A DNA stretch of 63,302 bases, counting the filler, from Intoshia linei (taxonomy: Eukaryota; Animalia; Orthonectida), in NCBI GenBank assembly GCA_001642005.1. It is 6 parts of 6 records of this genome, joined end to end, with 100 filler letters (N's around TTAATTAATTAA, not from the genome) between each part and the next. Parts side by side here need not be neighbours in the genome. Positions count along the whole stretch, not along the records: positions 61,621 to 63,302 come from LWCA01002526.1; 5 more parts are not named here. One strand, written 5' to 3'. How positions within the stretch are numbered: position 1 is the first letter of the stretch; each line of letters starts with the position of its first letter. The notes beneath the pieces were generated by a model, which was given only the letters and a program-made list of their open reading frames with translations, did not search any database and had not been told where the DNA came from. The translations under genes were made by a program, and so were the position numbers. Shown piece after piece: positions 63,103 through 63,302 of this stretch.

Positions 63103-63302
63103 ATGGTCACTAATTTTTTTCGGTTATACCCGTGTAAAAGTGAGAATAATTATATATTCGTACTACTTAATTTTAGGACATATTTAATTTTCAAAAAAAG
63201 GGTAATTTGTGGTTTTGACCATGAAAGTATGCGTTTCTGACGTTGAAGTTAACGACAATGTTAATGATTTTAAAACGCGTCCCAGAATGTATGTTTTATT
63301 AA

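Overview
A very AT-rich eukaryotic (metazoan) genomic window with GT-AG introns that are mostly 30-60 nt long. This fits a compact parasite genome such as an orthonectid; that assignment is inference, not proven. Five 100-nt N gaps each carry an artificial TTAATTAATTAA linker, so the six blocks may not be truly adjacent. Recognisable genes: an intronless divergent copine, LRRC49-like, WDR60/DYNC2I1-like, CK2 alpha, DGAT1, SRSF7-like, a divergent forkhead protein and a partial KIF23/MKLP1-like kinesin-6. Less familiar genes: a ~1190-aa protein with 5-6 divergent ubiquitin-like domains, a coiled-coil protein, an acidic nucleolin-like N-terminus, a basic-less HLH protein ending in an HMG-box-like helix, and a secreted-type Tyr/Asp-rich protein built from consecutive symmetric phase-0 mini-exons (micro-exon-gene-like). 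Introns and spacers are packed with transposon relics: hAT MITEs with 8-bp TSDs, hATm elements (one with an internally inverted transposase, one inserted into a relative's TIR), a non-autonomous Helitron family, foldback elements, and Tc1 and Gypsy fragments. Exon models and translations were derived by hand; no searches were run.
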